A DNA stretch of 63,994 nt, the filler included, from Streblomastix strix (taxonomy: Eukaryota): NCBI GenBank assembly GCA_008636045.1. It is 4 parts of 4 records of this genome, joined end to end, with 100 filler letters (N's around TTAATTAATTAA, not from the genome) between each part and the next. Parts side by side here need not be neighbours in the genome. Positions count along the whole stretch, not along the records: positions 16,267 to 32,421 come from SNRW01000866.1; positions 32,522 to 48,675 come from SNRW01000867.1; 2 more parts are not named here. One strand, written 5' to 3'. This document shows positions 26,570 through 39,939 of the stretch, piece by piece; positions within the stretch are counted from its first letter, which is position 1; the number at the start of each line of letters is the position of its first letter. The notes under the pieces were generated by a model. That model did not search any database, was not told where the DNA came from, and was given only the letters and a program-made list of their open reading frames with translations. A program made the position numbers and the translations under genes.

Positions 26570-28039
26570 TCATTAATACTATATTTGTAGTAGTAAATTA
26601 TTGTATATATCCATAAACTGCATAAGTATCTTTCTACCAAAATTGACGTATATAGTGAAAACTAAGGACTTATTTTAACCTATCAAACACAATTAAGACA
26701 TCTTGTTTTATCCCCATAATACTGGAGCATCAAACAAGTTTTATTTAAAGCATACGTTTGAAAACCCATTACCACCAATAAACTAAAGAGTTATGCCTTA
26801 TAGCTTGTTTGATACACTAATTTTTAACATCTGTGGATATTCAAGAAAATTACCAATATATAGGTAAAAAATTGGTAAATCCGTTTCTATGCTTTAATTA
26901 ACAAATTTTATTTAGTAGAACCATATATCTAGGACTATTTACTTAATAGCGTATGATAAATTTATTACTTGATTAGACCTATTTTCACTTAGTCCATCAT
27001 TTAAGTCTTATGCACCAGCTAGTTATACATACAAATTAGGTGATAAAAATATTTTATTAGCAAACCAGTTAGTGTGTAATGTCTTGACATAATCACTTAT
27101 AATCTCTGGGATAAACTAACTATAAAAATTTATTTTACCAAATAAATTATAAATTACTTTCCATTCAGTTATACATAGTGCAGGCTAGGAACAAATTATT
27201 CTTACTGGAAACGTATTTATATTATTAATAATTTACTGCATTGTTTGTTGCTATACATTAATGGATTATACATCTGATGACGTAAATCTTCCATTCGGGT
27301 TTATATCCACTTACTTACCAAATAAATATCTAACTGCTAGACCATTTTATGCTCCAAATTGTTTTGGTTCTATAGATTTTATATAGTCATTTGTTTTAGG
27401 ACAATACAATCGAATTAACCCCATAGTTCGATATGCTACAGTTAAGAATGTGTCTAGTATCCAGTAGTTATATAAGAATGCATCAATCCTTAAATTTATG
27501 AAATTAATTGCTGAGCTAACAACATCCTACCCATAATTTGTAATTAACTAGTAAGCACTATTTTATAGTTTCTATGTGTGCTAATTCATTCTATTATTAA
27601 AACATATTGCTCCACTATTCAACGTTATTTATATACTAAAATGCTTCTACATTGTATCAACAAAGCTTGATATATTGGCTAATGGTAGGGCTAGTACCAT
27701 AAGCATATATTTATATCCTTATGCCGTTTAGTAGCTTGTAAAACAGTTATATATAGCTGTATTCATGTTTAATATTATAGGTGGAAATTTGTCAATAAGT
27801 TATAGCTTAAAAGTATCATTTGAAATATTTGTTTGCTAGTACATTTTCATCGTATCTGAAGAAACAATGTTATGCTATTTTTCGATATAATCACCACATA
27901 AATAAAATGTTAGATTAAATGGTATATTATTAATGTTATTAACTTGAAAGCATTAGCAACCACTTGGAATTGTTGTTCCACACTGTACAAAATCCTTAAC
28001 AGAGTCAGAGCTAATAATTTGCAAACCTATACCACTCAT
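26570..28039 (-). pseudogene. Hypothetical beta-rich viral protein (~490 codons), possibly structural
   Basis: ORF MSGIGLQIISSDSVKDFVQCG... is long and open under code 6, with a frameshift near 27150. Function not recognised. Confidence 0.45.
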
Positions 28040-28072
28040 TTTATTATCAAAAAATAATGTCAAGTCAAATAT

Positions 28073-28303
28073 TCAAACAGCTCCATAACAGCATTTTGAC
28101 TATTTTCTTATGCTGTAGCTACTATTTCTTTTAACTAGTCCATTTTCAATCGTTTATTATATTACCGTAATAAAAAAACATAGTTCTATTTCTGGTGGTG
28201 CGTTTGTTGCTACAGATACTAATGAATTTAGAAACTTTGCATAGACCATATACTCATCAATTGTTATTTTCAATATCTTACGGGGAGGCTTTAATTATAC
28301 CAT
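28073..28303 (-). CDS. Small hypothetical viral ORF
   Basis: MVQLKPPRKILKITIDEYMVYAKFLNSLVS...* under code 6. Confidence 0.35.
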
Positions 28304-28471
28304 ATTTAATAAAAATAAAACAAACGTTATCAATTATTTTGAAACGTTGATAATTAATAAATAATAATTAAAAACTTGATATTATTATGATTACTTCACA
28401 AAATATGTGTTGTTACGCTATTCATTTGTTATTAAAATATAAATATGAATATATAATTTTAAACAAAATAA

Positions 28472-29540
28472 AATGCCGGCAAAGAAAGTATAGAAAGTTG
28501 TACCAGTTAAGCAAAAAGCAAAACCTAAATCATCCGCTAGTGAATTTATTTACACAAAACAACCGAATATACATAAGATTTAATAAGTTTAACCTCGAAA
28601 TGTATGTAAAATACCATATATATATTTGATTAGTTAAAACTATCGGATGCGGTTAAAAAATTAGGTGTTGGTAGTAGTAAGTAGCGGAAAGATATAATTT
28701 AATAAGTTAGATAGTATGACCCTGCAATTATTCATGGAGATTTTGATGCAGCTTTTGAAGGTATTAAAGGTGCAACAAGAAGGTAAATACATTTTGATAG
28801 TATTGACTCAAATGATTTGATACAATATTATAAGGAATTAGATGAGCATATATGTGGTGTTCATGATCCATAATAGGATGTTAATAGAAACGCAGCTATG
28901 AGTGATTAGTCCCTAGGTATAAATGCTAGAGCAAATGAACTAACAAATGATATAGGAAGCCATGCAATTCCTTAACCATCATCACGAGCTACAGCACCAC
29001 CAAAAGGTATTCATAAAGAAGATGATTTGATGCAATTTATGTTTGGGTCTAATTAAGAAAAGGAAAAGGAAAAGGAAAAGGTAAGGGAAAAAGATAATAT
29101 TTATTAAAATCAATGTCTTGATAATACATCAGATGCTTTTGAATACATACTATAAAATTTTACAAATTAACTACAGCAAATAAGTCCAATATATGAGTAG
29201 CTACAATATTAGAGAGAAAAATAAGTTGAATGATAAATTTTATAGCATGATTACGCATAAACGCAAAAGACTGTAGAATATTTTACAAATGGATTAAATT
29301 GAGGATCTACCCCCGTAAATCAATATTATAGCAAAACACCATACGCTACAAAAAAGGTTGAATATTACACGAATGAAGGGGGCCAATTATATTTACAAAC
29401 AAAGAAGGATTTAATGCTGAAAGAAGACAGAATGAATAGGCCACCAAAACATAAAAATTATATGCCAACAAGCTAGTTATAAAAGTCTTTGAAGCATAAA
29501 AATAATTAAAGAATAAATATGGCAAAAATAAGAAAAAGAA
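28472..29540 (+). pseudogene. Hypothetical viral protein with basic N-terminus
   Basis: MPAKKVQKVVPVKQKAKPKS... followed by frameshifted coding-like sequence. Confidence 0.4.
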
Positions 29541-29541
29541 A

Positions 29542-29859
29542 TCATGATAAAGACATATTTGGTGCTTCATTTTTCAATAAAACTCTAGCTTTTAGGACCT
29601 CATCATATTTTATTTTCTTTTGTATCATATCGTTTATTTTTATTATATCTTCGTTATCTAACACTATTTTACCTAATAATTTTATTACTTATATTTGTAG
29701 TTTAGAAGCTTATAGGTTAAACTTTTTTAATTCCTCGCTTTTTCTAGCTTTATATTCTTTGCGTTATTATCTTGCTATATTTTTTGTTTAATCTTCTGTT
29801 TTGTATTTTTTAGGTCTTCCAGCTTTTAAAGTTTATTTTACAATTTTTATATCTTCCAT
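29542..29859 (-). CDS. AT-hook-like (GRPKKY) basic helical protein downstream of integrase
   Basis: Intact 105-aa ORF MEDIKIVKQTLKAGRPKKYKTEDQ... Homologues follow all four integrases in this window. Confidence 0.65.
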
Positions 29860-29883
29860 TTAATATATTAATAAAAAAATAAA

Positions 29884-30900
29884 TCAAAATAATAAAAAGG
29901 TTCTTTTATATTTTTCAGGTAATACATCAATATTGTCAGCAACTTTATGAGTATAATATATGGGAGCTTTAACTGTTTTTATGTCTTTATATGGTTTAAT
30001 CAACTCACATATAACATTACCATGCTCATATTTTATAAATGTTGTTATTTCATTAAATTACCTTCTTTTTTTTTAAAATCCATGAGTAGTTTTTGATAGG
30101 TCCAAATATATCATTATTATATTATTTTTGTTAAATTTAGTTGTTTATTTTTGTTTTATAAGTCCTTTATACCTTTTAACTACTCCATTTTCTCATGTAC
30201 AAATATACCTTCTAAATCTTCATTATCATTAACTTATGAAAGGCTAAAAGATTATTTTTAATGCTTTAAAGCATTATATTTTGTGTTATTATATTTATCG
30301 ACTACTTGCTATATTTATTTGTTATTAGCCATTAGCTAAGGGTCATTTTCAAATGCGTTTCTTATTGTTCTAACTACAGAATCAACAACTCGATTTTTAT
30401 TTATGAAAGTTAAAGAATTAAAGTAATATTTTACATCATTTTCTTTTAAAAATTCCTTGATTTGTTTGCTACCTAATGCTGCTTCACCATCAGAACGAAT
30501 AGTATAAAACATTTTAGTCTTTTATAAGCTGCTTTATACATCTTAGCAGTTCATTTGCTGTTTTATCTTTTATAGGAAATATAACCAAAAATTTGGTATT
30601 AATATTGATGCAAAAAAGATATTATTATACAATTTTATTTATTGCTTGGTGCATTACAAAAATTATATCAATTTCCCAGCTTCCAAGCTCTGGTGAAAAA
30701 TATGATCTTTAGAATTTTTTTAATGGATTTATTTTTATATCTTATATTACATCATTTTTTATTTTAAATTTTACTACAAAATATATTTACCATTTTCTCA
30801 GGTTATTATTCCTATTTTGGCTTCGCTTATGGTTTTGTTGTTTGTTTTATTCTTTCAGCGTGGTATTTCGTGAAATTATCCAAGTAAATTTTATACCATT
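29884..30900 (-). pseudogene. Retroviral-type (rve) integrase of Polinton family A
   Basis: GSWEIDII...LFCININTK...IRSDGE-x-NRVVDSVVRTIR...YNN. 5' part frameshifted. Confidence 0.88.
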
Positions 30901-31027
30901 AGGATATAGTTTTACTTTCGAACTATTCTTCCAAATTGCTAATAGTAAATTGTTTTTTAAAATGAAAATTTAAATTTCTTATAAAATCCTAGGTCAAGTG
31001 ATTAAGTGCAGTAATTTGAAATAAGTA

Positions 31028-31558
31028 CAGTACTTTCATAAAGTTATTGAATGGATTTTAATAAATTGAATTTATTTGTAAATATTTCACGAAAATAATT
31101 AGATTGTGAAGAAGAAAATAATAAATTTAATCTCGATGGGGCAAAATTTCGCTTTTATTTTTTAGATCTGAAGTTAATGGTTTGCTAGGATGCAAATATA
31201 ATTCAAATGGAGATATTCTCATGTATGTGCAAAATTAGTTATAAAAATGAAATTTTTAAAGCAAATAATAGTTCGGGAATGTTAGCAAGTGAAATTTTTA
31301 TTTTAAAAAATTTTAAAAGCAATTCTCATAAATAATTCAGTTCAAAATTAGTTATATATGAATTTATTTATTTGTAAAATATGACGTAAAATAAGAAAAT
31401 TATTTCAAAATAAATAAAAATTAACTTGCCCGGTTGCAGGCAACAAAATAGAAAAAAAATTGGCATTTACCTCGAATGCATAAATGGAATGCTTCAAAAA
31501 TATTCAAAAAATTTCAAATGATAATTATAATATAATATTAATTATAAAAAAAGTACTG
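31028..31558. mobile_element. Tc1/pogo-type MITE
   Basis: TA|CAGTACTTT ... AAAGTACTG|TG with degenerate ~60 bp TIRs. Confidence 0.45.
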
Positions 31559-32212
31559 TGTTTTCAACATAGTGCAAAATTTGCAAAATAAATAAAAAAA
31601 TAAAAAATTGTTTTAGACATTAATCAAAGAATAAAATCTTTTAAATGTGGTCAAAATTAGTTAGAAATAAAGTATCAATAATAAAATTACATTAAAAATA
31701 GAAAAAAAATGTGTACAAAATCCTGCAGCAGTCTGTTTCGTAATTAGAGCTAATTTTCACGTGCCCCCTGAGTAATTGTTTAAATTATTAATAAAAAACA
31801 GTTTAATTTGGTTTAATAAAATAAAAATTGATATGCGTTTAACATTATTTATCAATAAATAAAAAAGACAAATACAAGCTAATAGAAAATTTTATTTTGA
31901 TTTAAGAACAATTTAAAACTTGATTTTATATGCGAAATAAACATAATTGAATGTTGTTGATTAATTTAGTTGTATTAAAACTATTTTGAAAAATGATTCA
32001 AGCTACTTCTCAAGAAAAACTTCGATTTAAATTTCAAATTTAGTAATTTTAAACACTTACAGATATTCAATGAAATAAATAATAATAATAAACAATATTA
32101 ATATTTATTTATTAAATTTTTATTAAAGAATACTATTATTATATTATTTACTTATGAAATAATAGATTTTACGCCCACATTGATCTTGAAATCAAATGAG
32201 TCATTAATACAA

Positions 32213-32421
32213 TCAATTTTCTGATTCTGAGTTTTCTTCTTCCATTGCATAATCTTCATCAGTACGAGTCCTCTTCACAGCAGTATTAGCATTATATTTA
32301 CGATATCTAACTGGTTTCTCTTTTTGCACTCTTCTTTCTCTTCTAGATGCAACTGTTTCATTTCCATAAGCTTTTTCGAATATTTCCTTATCTTTTATAT
32401 TTTAATCTTCATTTTCTTTTT
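32213..32421 (-). CDS. C-terminal fragment of an unidentified charged protein (runs off contig)
   Basis: ...EKAYGNETVASRRERRVQKEKPVRYRNINANTAVKRTRTDEDYAMEEENSESEN* (TGA). Confidence 0.45.
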
Positions 32422-32521
32422 NNNNNNNNNNNNNNNNNNNNNNNNNNNNNNNNNNNNNNNNNNNNTTAATTAATTAANNNNNNNNNNNNNNNNNNNNNNN
32501 NNNNNNNNNNNNNNNNNNNNN
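32422..32521. other. Artificial contig linker
   Basis: N-TTAATTAATTAA-N. Confidence 0.98.
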
Positions 32522-33281
32522 TCATTGGAACAATTGTTATTAATAATTATGAACGAGCAGAAGAATCAACAAAACATCACCTAATAGCTGTTTTCTAAAT
32601 GGTTTTTGTGACATTTCGTATTTTACTTAGATGCAAAGCTATATCTGAGTAATAGAAATTTATTAAATGTTGAGAAATTCATTATTTTGATTCACTGTAT
32701 TAACATATCGGCTTCTTAGAAGCTTTATCATTCTTAATGTAGCCAGATAACATTAAGCGATACAAATTCTCAGATAGAGTTGCTGAAGGAATTCGTTTGA
32801 TTATATAATATTAGTAGTTATAGAAATTAGGAAATTGCCGAATATAGAATGATTTTATAAATAATGATAATTATATAATGGAATTATAATATAATAATAA
32901 ATTATAATAGATCAGATCTGTGAATCAATTATGCGAAACATGATGAACAGATGAAATACGTTTATGAATTGCATGATTGAATATTACTATTGAAGATAAT
33001 ATTGCGAATTATTAATGAAATGAATTTATGAAAGTAATCTTGGTATGTATGGCACTCTCCTTGTTTCTACAGCTACAAGTGTATATTAACGGTTTTTATT
33101 ATTAGATTAACATGAAATGAAATTACATTTTGAAACCTAAAATTTTTTGATGTAATCACCAATTTAATGATTCATTACTGTAAAACATTAATGGACTTAC
33201 TTAAATGATGCAAGAAAAATGTAATGAATGATGAATAACTTTAAAGTATCTAAAGTGTCCTCTCTCTGAGGACACTTTAAC
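32522..33281 (+). repeat. Left terminal inverted repeat (~760 bp)
   Basis: Reverse complement of 47917-48675, roughly 90-95% identical by eye. Confidence 0.93.
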
Positions 33282-34316
33282 ATATTCTAAAAAATAAGCG
33301 ACAATCAGACAATGAGACAATTGTTAATAAACACAAAATTTAAAATCATCTATTCAAATCTAAAATAACATACATTTAATTTTATTTTATTATAAATAAA
33401 CAATTGTTAAAAGATTTTTCTCAAAAATAAAGCAAAAAGTTTAAAAATTAGAGAATGATCTTTAATGAGGTAAAAATATCGTTTATAAACCGTTCATAAA
33501 CATCATATACTAAACCACTTCTTGGCGCTTTAGGTCCTTTCGGCTAAACAATAGATAAGGATTTAGATGTAACTAGTTCATTTCTTGATTATAGCTTTTG
33601 TGCAGATAAAAATGGTTAATTTAGATAAGATTTTGATACGTTAAGAAACAACAAATATTTCAGATAAAAATTGTCCATTGAAACACAGAATCAAAGAATA
33701 TCATTATAAGCTCCGAAGCATAACTTTAAATACCTAAAAATAGTTTTAATTCTGAACTAAAAATTTTTTTATTGAAATAAATATTAATAATATATATATT
33801 ATATATATGCATATATAAAATTATTAGCTATTCAATGATATATCAAATTCGTACTTTCATTATTAGATTTTTTAGAAACATTTATTTTAATAAATATCAC
33901 TGATGAAAAAAATATGCATAATTTTGCATAGTTTGAGAATTTTTTAATTATTTTTCTATTTTTAGAATTTGTTCAAAATTTGTATAATATTATCTGATAT
34001 ATACATATAAAGAATTAATTTATTATAACTAATTTTAAAAATTTTTAAATCTAAAAAGAAATTTTATAGTTTTCAAATTTGATACATTTATAAATTTAAT
34101 TTATTGAAATTATTGAACGAATTTATTATTGAATTAATATTGAACGAAAAAGTGCGTATTCACTGAAGCATAAATAAATGCAGGCTCATTAATGTGCTGA
34201 CCCATTGGTGTTGATATTTTTGTTCAAATTACAATTCCAATTCGTTGGCTCAAATTGAGCTGATGAAAAACAATCGTTTTATTTTTTAAAAAATTTGACT
34301 ATTTATCTTATATAAA

Positions 34317-35180
34317 ATGGAAGAACAAACTACAATTATACAATAAATTACACCAAACAATGAATATTTCACACTTGATTCTAATATGATATTTGAAATA
34401 ATAATTCATTAAAAAGATGGATACGTTAATGTAATAAAATTAGTAGCTTAAATTTTAGATCGGAAATGTATTAAAAAAATTATTGAAAAAATAATTATAT
34501 CTCGAATTTATAGAAATTGTAAAAAATATTTATGTTCTTAGGGGGATGGACCAAAAAGTACAATATTCTTTGAATATTCATTACCATCAACATTTTAAAA
34601 TGACATAAGAAGAACGTATATTCACAAAGATTTAGTAAACATCATTTGTATAAAAATTTTTTAAAATATCTACGTTAAGTGAATAAAATAATGGATGTAG
34701 TTAATGAACCTGTATAAATCGCTTTCAAAGAAGCATGTAAATAAGATAATTAGACATTCATGGCAGATGTTATAGAAGAACGATAAATAATAAAAAAATT
34801 AATTTATAGAATAAGTTTAATAGAAAGAAAATGAAAATAAATAATTTGAAACAAAAGCAGTTCCCGAAAGATATTTTATAGATTTTATATTTACTGTCCA
34901 AATTGAAGATGATGTTGAGAACGACAGTACTATCTTTAATTTTAAAAGGAGAAATAAATATATTACGAGTAAAAACGTAATAAAAGAATTAAAAGATATT
35001 TTATTATTTTATGAAAAGAAAAAAAAATTATGTTATGAAATTATGAAATAAAAGATTAATTTATGTTATAATTTGGAGAATAAATAAAGCTTCAATAATG
35101 TAGATACATCTTTAAACCTGAATTAATGGATGATGTCATTAATTTTATACTTTATAAAATGTAATATAAATGTATAACAT
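34317..35180 (+). pseudogene. KilA-N domain protein with coiled coil
   Basis: IIIHQKDGYVNVIKL...TYIHKDL motifs; frameshifted; homologous to 60780-61659. Confidence 0.75.
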
Positions 35181-35207
35181 AATTTATTTTATTTTTACAG
35201 AAATACT

Positions 35208-35552
35208 ATGACAAGAATATTGTTCGAAAATAGAAAAAACAATCTATTCTCATCGAAATTGTATCTGGAATAGAATGAATAGGAAGAATTGCAAATTGTG
35301 GAGGTCGACGGAATTAAAGAGTTTTAGAAATTAAATGATTTCAAATGATTTATATAAGATAATCAATAATAATTATCTAAACTAACAACGTAAAAATTAA
35401 ATAAATAATACTAATTTGAATGCTATAAATTATTAAAAATAGAAGGTCAAGCATGTATAAAAACTTGTGCAAATGATTAATTGAACAAAATAGAATAAAA
35501 ATTTGACTAATTTATAGATATTCTATGTCATTTGGTTGAAGCATTTAAATGA
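35208..35552 (+). pseudogene. Hypothetical viral protein
   Basis: MTRILFENRK...; homologue on the minus strand at ~60400-60770; one internal TGA. Confidence 0.5.
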
Positions 35553-35655
35553 ATAATTTTTGACTCTACCGCGTCCATCGGATCATATGAGTTCTATTGA
35601 AAATGCCAGTCTATGCGCCAGATAGTCGAAAACATTGATGTTTAGCTTATGCGTT

Positions 35656-36446
35656 TCAGATTATTTTAACAACTGTCCCACTAATTTCATATTATACCAC
35701 TAATGCTTATTATTTAGTTAGTCACACATACTCATACCATATTGTTTCCTTATCAGATGGTATTGAAGATTAATAAAAAAATTAATTAAATTTTAATCTG
35801 TTAAATGAACCGAAGAACAATAATGAAACAAGACTTGAATTAATCGCAGCATCTAAACCAATAATGTCCTATAAACAATGAAAGTATGTTATTCTGGACT
35901 ATCTGTTTTTAAATAACTTTTTAAACAGTGAATTATTTTTATTTTTATATATACTCATTGCATCGTCAAATAAAACAATTGTATGTGGAAATTTGACGTC
36001 AAAATTACCTTCTGCACTAGCTTCAAACACATTATTTAATATATCATTTTTTATTCTTCAGTTAGTTCCTTTTATAATTATTTTTCTTAAATTTCATCAT
36101 ACGCTTATTTGCATTCTATCAAATCATTCAGCACTTAATCCTCTTCAGCATATGGAATAATTTTATAGAGATTTTAATTAAATCCTTCATCTTTTTATAA
36201 GTGGTGTCACTATTTGAGTCGCTGACGTATATGAATAATGTGTATCAAAGTTTTTTAAATTGATTAAATTTAATTAACTTTTTGAAAATATTTTATATCT
36301 TACTACTACCACGTTAACCTATCAATAAATTTACATAATTATATGTGAAATATAACTCTTTATGAATAATTTTTCAAAATTAATGTTTATTCACTTTTAT
36401 TTCATTTAATATGTTATCTACGTTTTTTTTATGTTAAATTCGCAAT
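35656..36446 (-). pseudogene. Packaging ATPase (family B)
   Basis: Degenerate Walker A IGQRGSSK and Walker B HTIVLFDDAM; homologous to 59538-60323. Confidence 0.78.
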
Positions 36447-37353
36447 TTTTATTATATATAATACTTTTTATCATAATAAAATAGAATAATATCAATAGAA
36501 GCAAAAATTGAATAACTAATAGAACAAGAATCAAGCGGTAGTGGAGGTAGATAAGGAGGTCGTTAGATGGAATTTGATGAAAGTGATTATGATTATTATG
36601 AATCATAAACTAATAGATAGGATAGAATAAAAGCAAGAACAAAATAGTTTGAAAGGCTGCCGTTCCATCCCAGTATGATTCAAAGAACAAGAAAGCATGG
36701 AGACCCGTAAGTAAAAGAGGAGGCTGGGGATGTTCTTGCTACACTCGTTGGTTATTTGAACAGAGATATTAAGAAAATTAATAGGTTATCATTTGCAATT
36801 AACGATCAAAAATATATAAAATGCACGTTTAGGAAATTTATTTGGTGTATGTGAATAATATTTAGATTATAATGAAGCAACATAAGATAATGTTGTTGTG
36901 TATGATAAGGAAAAGATTGAAATTTATTCAGTCGATAGTTATATAACAGCAGTAGGATTTGGAGACCCAGAACATTAACATAAAAAAAATGGAAGAAATA
37001 ATTTTATATATATGTTAATGATTTAGAACAAACGGCATTAGCAGTCAAATTAAAATAATAAGGAATAGAAAGTGATTCTTATATGAAGTGGCTGTAATAA
37101 ATTAAACTTAGAAAAGAAATAAAAATAAAGCCTAATAGTTTCAGATCATTTTCAGTTGCAGAAAAAAATGTATAAACGAAAATGGAGATGCTTAATTGCC
37201 AATAGTTACGAAATAACAAATTATAGCAAATGTTTGGAATTTTTTAATTATTAGTCTTGCTGTTACAATATTAAAAGAATATTATATAATGTTATTAAAA
37301 CATAGTTTATTATTGAAATTAATAAATTTAATAAAAAATTTTTTGAATAATTT

Positions 37354-37406
37354 CAAAGTATTCCAAAACAATTACAAAGTATTCAAAAACAATTACAAAG
37401 TATTCA
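37354..37406. repeat. 21-nt tandem repeat (~2.5 copies)
   Basis: CAAAGTATTCCAAAACAATTA / CAAAGTATTCAAAAACAATTA / CAAAGTATTCA. Confidence 0.8.
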
Positions 37407-37759
37407 CATTGTAACTCTAGTGTTTAAGTTATAACTTATATTAAATAGAAAATTTCATCAATTTAAATAAATAGTAAAATTTAAATTTTTTTTTATTCAA
37501 TAAAAATTTTTATATTAAATAATAAATCAAATTAATATTATAACTAATTTTTCAACTAATAACATTTTCCAGATAGAAAATATTAATGGGACACTAATGA
37601 AGGATAAACCGTACTAAGATAGGCCTAGGTTAAATTAGATAAATAATCGTTGTTAAATATGTCGAGAAAGAAGAAGAACTACATTTCACAAGGTGAATTA
37701 AGCAAAACACTATAGGGTCAAAAATAATTACGAAAAAGAAGTGAAAATCAATTTTATTG

Positions 37760-38037
37760 GTTAGTTATATATTTTTCGAGTATATTCATAATACTATTAA
37801 TGTCCTCCTATTCAATTATATATTTATTTGGTAACTTTTGTATATTCAATTATTTCGCTGTAACATCTGATCTAAATTTTTTCACTTTATCCCTTTATCT
37901 TTATTTGAACTACTATCTTTATTCTTTAGCACGCTATTTAGCTTCCTGAGTAGTAAAGTATTTTTTAGGTCTTTCTTTAATTTTAGTCGGAACATTATCT
38001 TAAACTGTTTCATTTATTACTTCTTTATTTTATTCCA
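37760..38037 (-). pseudogene. RPKKY basic protein (nested insert)
   Basis: KIKERPKKYFTTQEAK; homologous to 29542-29859. Confidence 0.55.
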
Positions 38038-38061
38038 TTGTTTGGTTTAAAATTAAAAAGT

Positions 38062-39030
38062 TCATAAAAATTATTTTTTGTATTTATCTTCTAATTAATC
38101 AAGGTCATTAGATATAAATTTAGTATAATAGCTTGGTACTTCAACTTCAGTTATATCCTTATAAGGCTTCAATAGCTTACAGATTACATTACCATGATTG
38201 TATTTAATAAAAGTAGCTATCGCATTAAAGTTCTTACGCTACTTATCGAATTAATGTTTTGTTTTAGCTAAATCTAAGTGGATCAAAATAATGTTTCCAT
38301 GATTTAAATTTAATAACTAATCTTTTCTTAATATATTAATTTTATTTTCTTCTTCATATTATTTCTGGCGTGTGTAGCTATTTTCTAAATCTCTTGACTC
38401 ATTTACTTATGTTGAGGTATAGTTATTGTTGAAAGCACTATGTTTGGAATTATTATACTCGTCAGCTGCTTATTAAAGTACATGATTAGATACTTGTCAA
38501 TTTATTAATGTATTCCTCATAGTTCTTATCACACTATCTACCAGTCTAATTTTAGTCGTTAATAGTGATTTGTTATAAAAATATTATATATTATGTTTAA
38601 TTAATACATCCTTTATTTATTTACTTCCAAATGATGCTTCCCCACCTGATTTAATATTTGTAACGTACTAGAATTATATTAGCGACTCTAGATCTGGGAT
38701 TAATGATCGTTTCTCTTTTGTTAGGATTGGATAAATAATTAGATACTTAGTGTTGACATTGATAATAAATAAGAACGGTAACTAGTTGAAGAACGCAATA
38801 TCTATTTCTAACAACCCAAGTTATGGAGAAATGTAAGGTCGCTAATATACCGCAAGCGGTTTTAATTTGTAATCTTATATTTTATTATTAGGTTGGTATT
38901 AATGAGGTTGGCTAACCTCACGAAATTTATATTTTTACTTATATATATTTTTTGTATTATATTCTTCGATGTATAATTTTTATCACTATTCTATACTTTT
39001 ACCTTGAAATTAATCTGAAATATTAAGGTA
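38062..39030 (-). pseudogene. Second, nested rve integrase (family-A-like)
   Basis: QRPYISPQLGLLEIDI...IINVNTKY...KSGGEASFGS...RLVDSVIRTMR...HGNVICKLLKPYKDI. The C-terminus matches the contig 2 integrase. Confidence 0.8.
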
Positions 39031-39939
39031 TTCATTGAACTAATAATTAATATTTTTAACGAATTCCTTTATTGAAACTTACTAATTAACCGATTAACTT
39101 CATCAGTTATGAATTATTCAATTTCAAAGCAAAAAAAATTTTATCAATCGTAGTTCCCATTACGCAATCTAGCAATATTAGTATCAATTGCAATTCCAAT
39201 AATATCTAATGCACAAATAGACTCATTTAATCCTTTTAATCTAGAATTTAACATTCTAAATTTTTGGCCGTTGTGAAAATAAATATTAAAATCTCGATCG
39301 AAAGAATATCCTTATAAATCATGTCATCGATATATATCTAGACATTAGCTTCTTTTAGGTAATTAATCAAAGTATTAGTTAGTATCTTCACTAAAATAAG
39401 ATATATTTATCACTTTATCTTTTACAGTAACTTAACGTAAATTTTATATATGATTACTTATTTTGATGTGATTTTAATGATTGTAAAACTAGTATTTATT
39501 GGGATTTGAGACCAACTATGTTGCTACGATTATATGTTTATAAACAAAACGGAGATATTTTGGACAAAATTATAAATGTAATTTAATATAGCTTTCTTCC
39601 TCATTTGAGTAGCGTAACAAATTTTCGACAATAATTCGCTAATTATCACGTCCCCTGATTTGATGTGTATAATTAGCATTGATTTCGTATATATTATTAT
39701 ATTTTAATATTTCTCATTAGTTATTTTCAAACATTTGGTAGGTAGATAAAATAAAAACAAAAATAAATAGGATTATTTCTACCTGTCAATTTTCGCTGCA
39801 AGCTATTTTATAGTTAATTTCAGGCCAGAGAAAAAGTAAATTGCATTAATGTTTTTTTTTCAAAAATGTGTGGGGATTAATGATTAGGCTAGTTGTTGAG
39901 TTAATTTCGGTTAATTGTTTTACAGGGAGAAAATTAGTA

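Larger units (their letters stand above)
16267..30950. mobile_element. Polinton/Maverick-like endogenous virus, family A (partial, decayed)
   Basis: Cluster of pPolB, packaging ATPase, rve integrase, fibre-like, pVI-like and capsid-like genes with very short intergenic spacers. Multiple frameshifts. Confidence 0.88.

Noticed and set aside
37354..37406. 21-nt repeats (and the TATAATTCTGGTGATAGCT repeats at 57812-57931) as a CRISPR array
   Set aside because: No regular unique spacers, too few copies, eukaryotic context and no cas genes.
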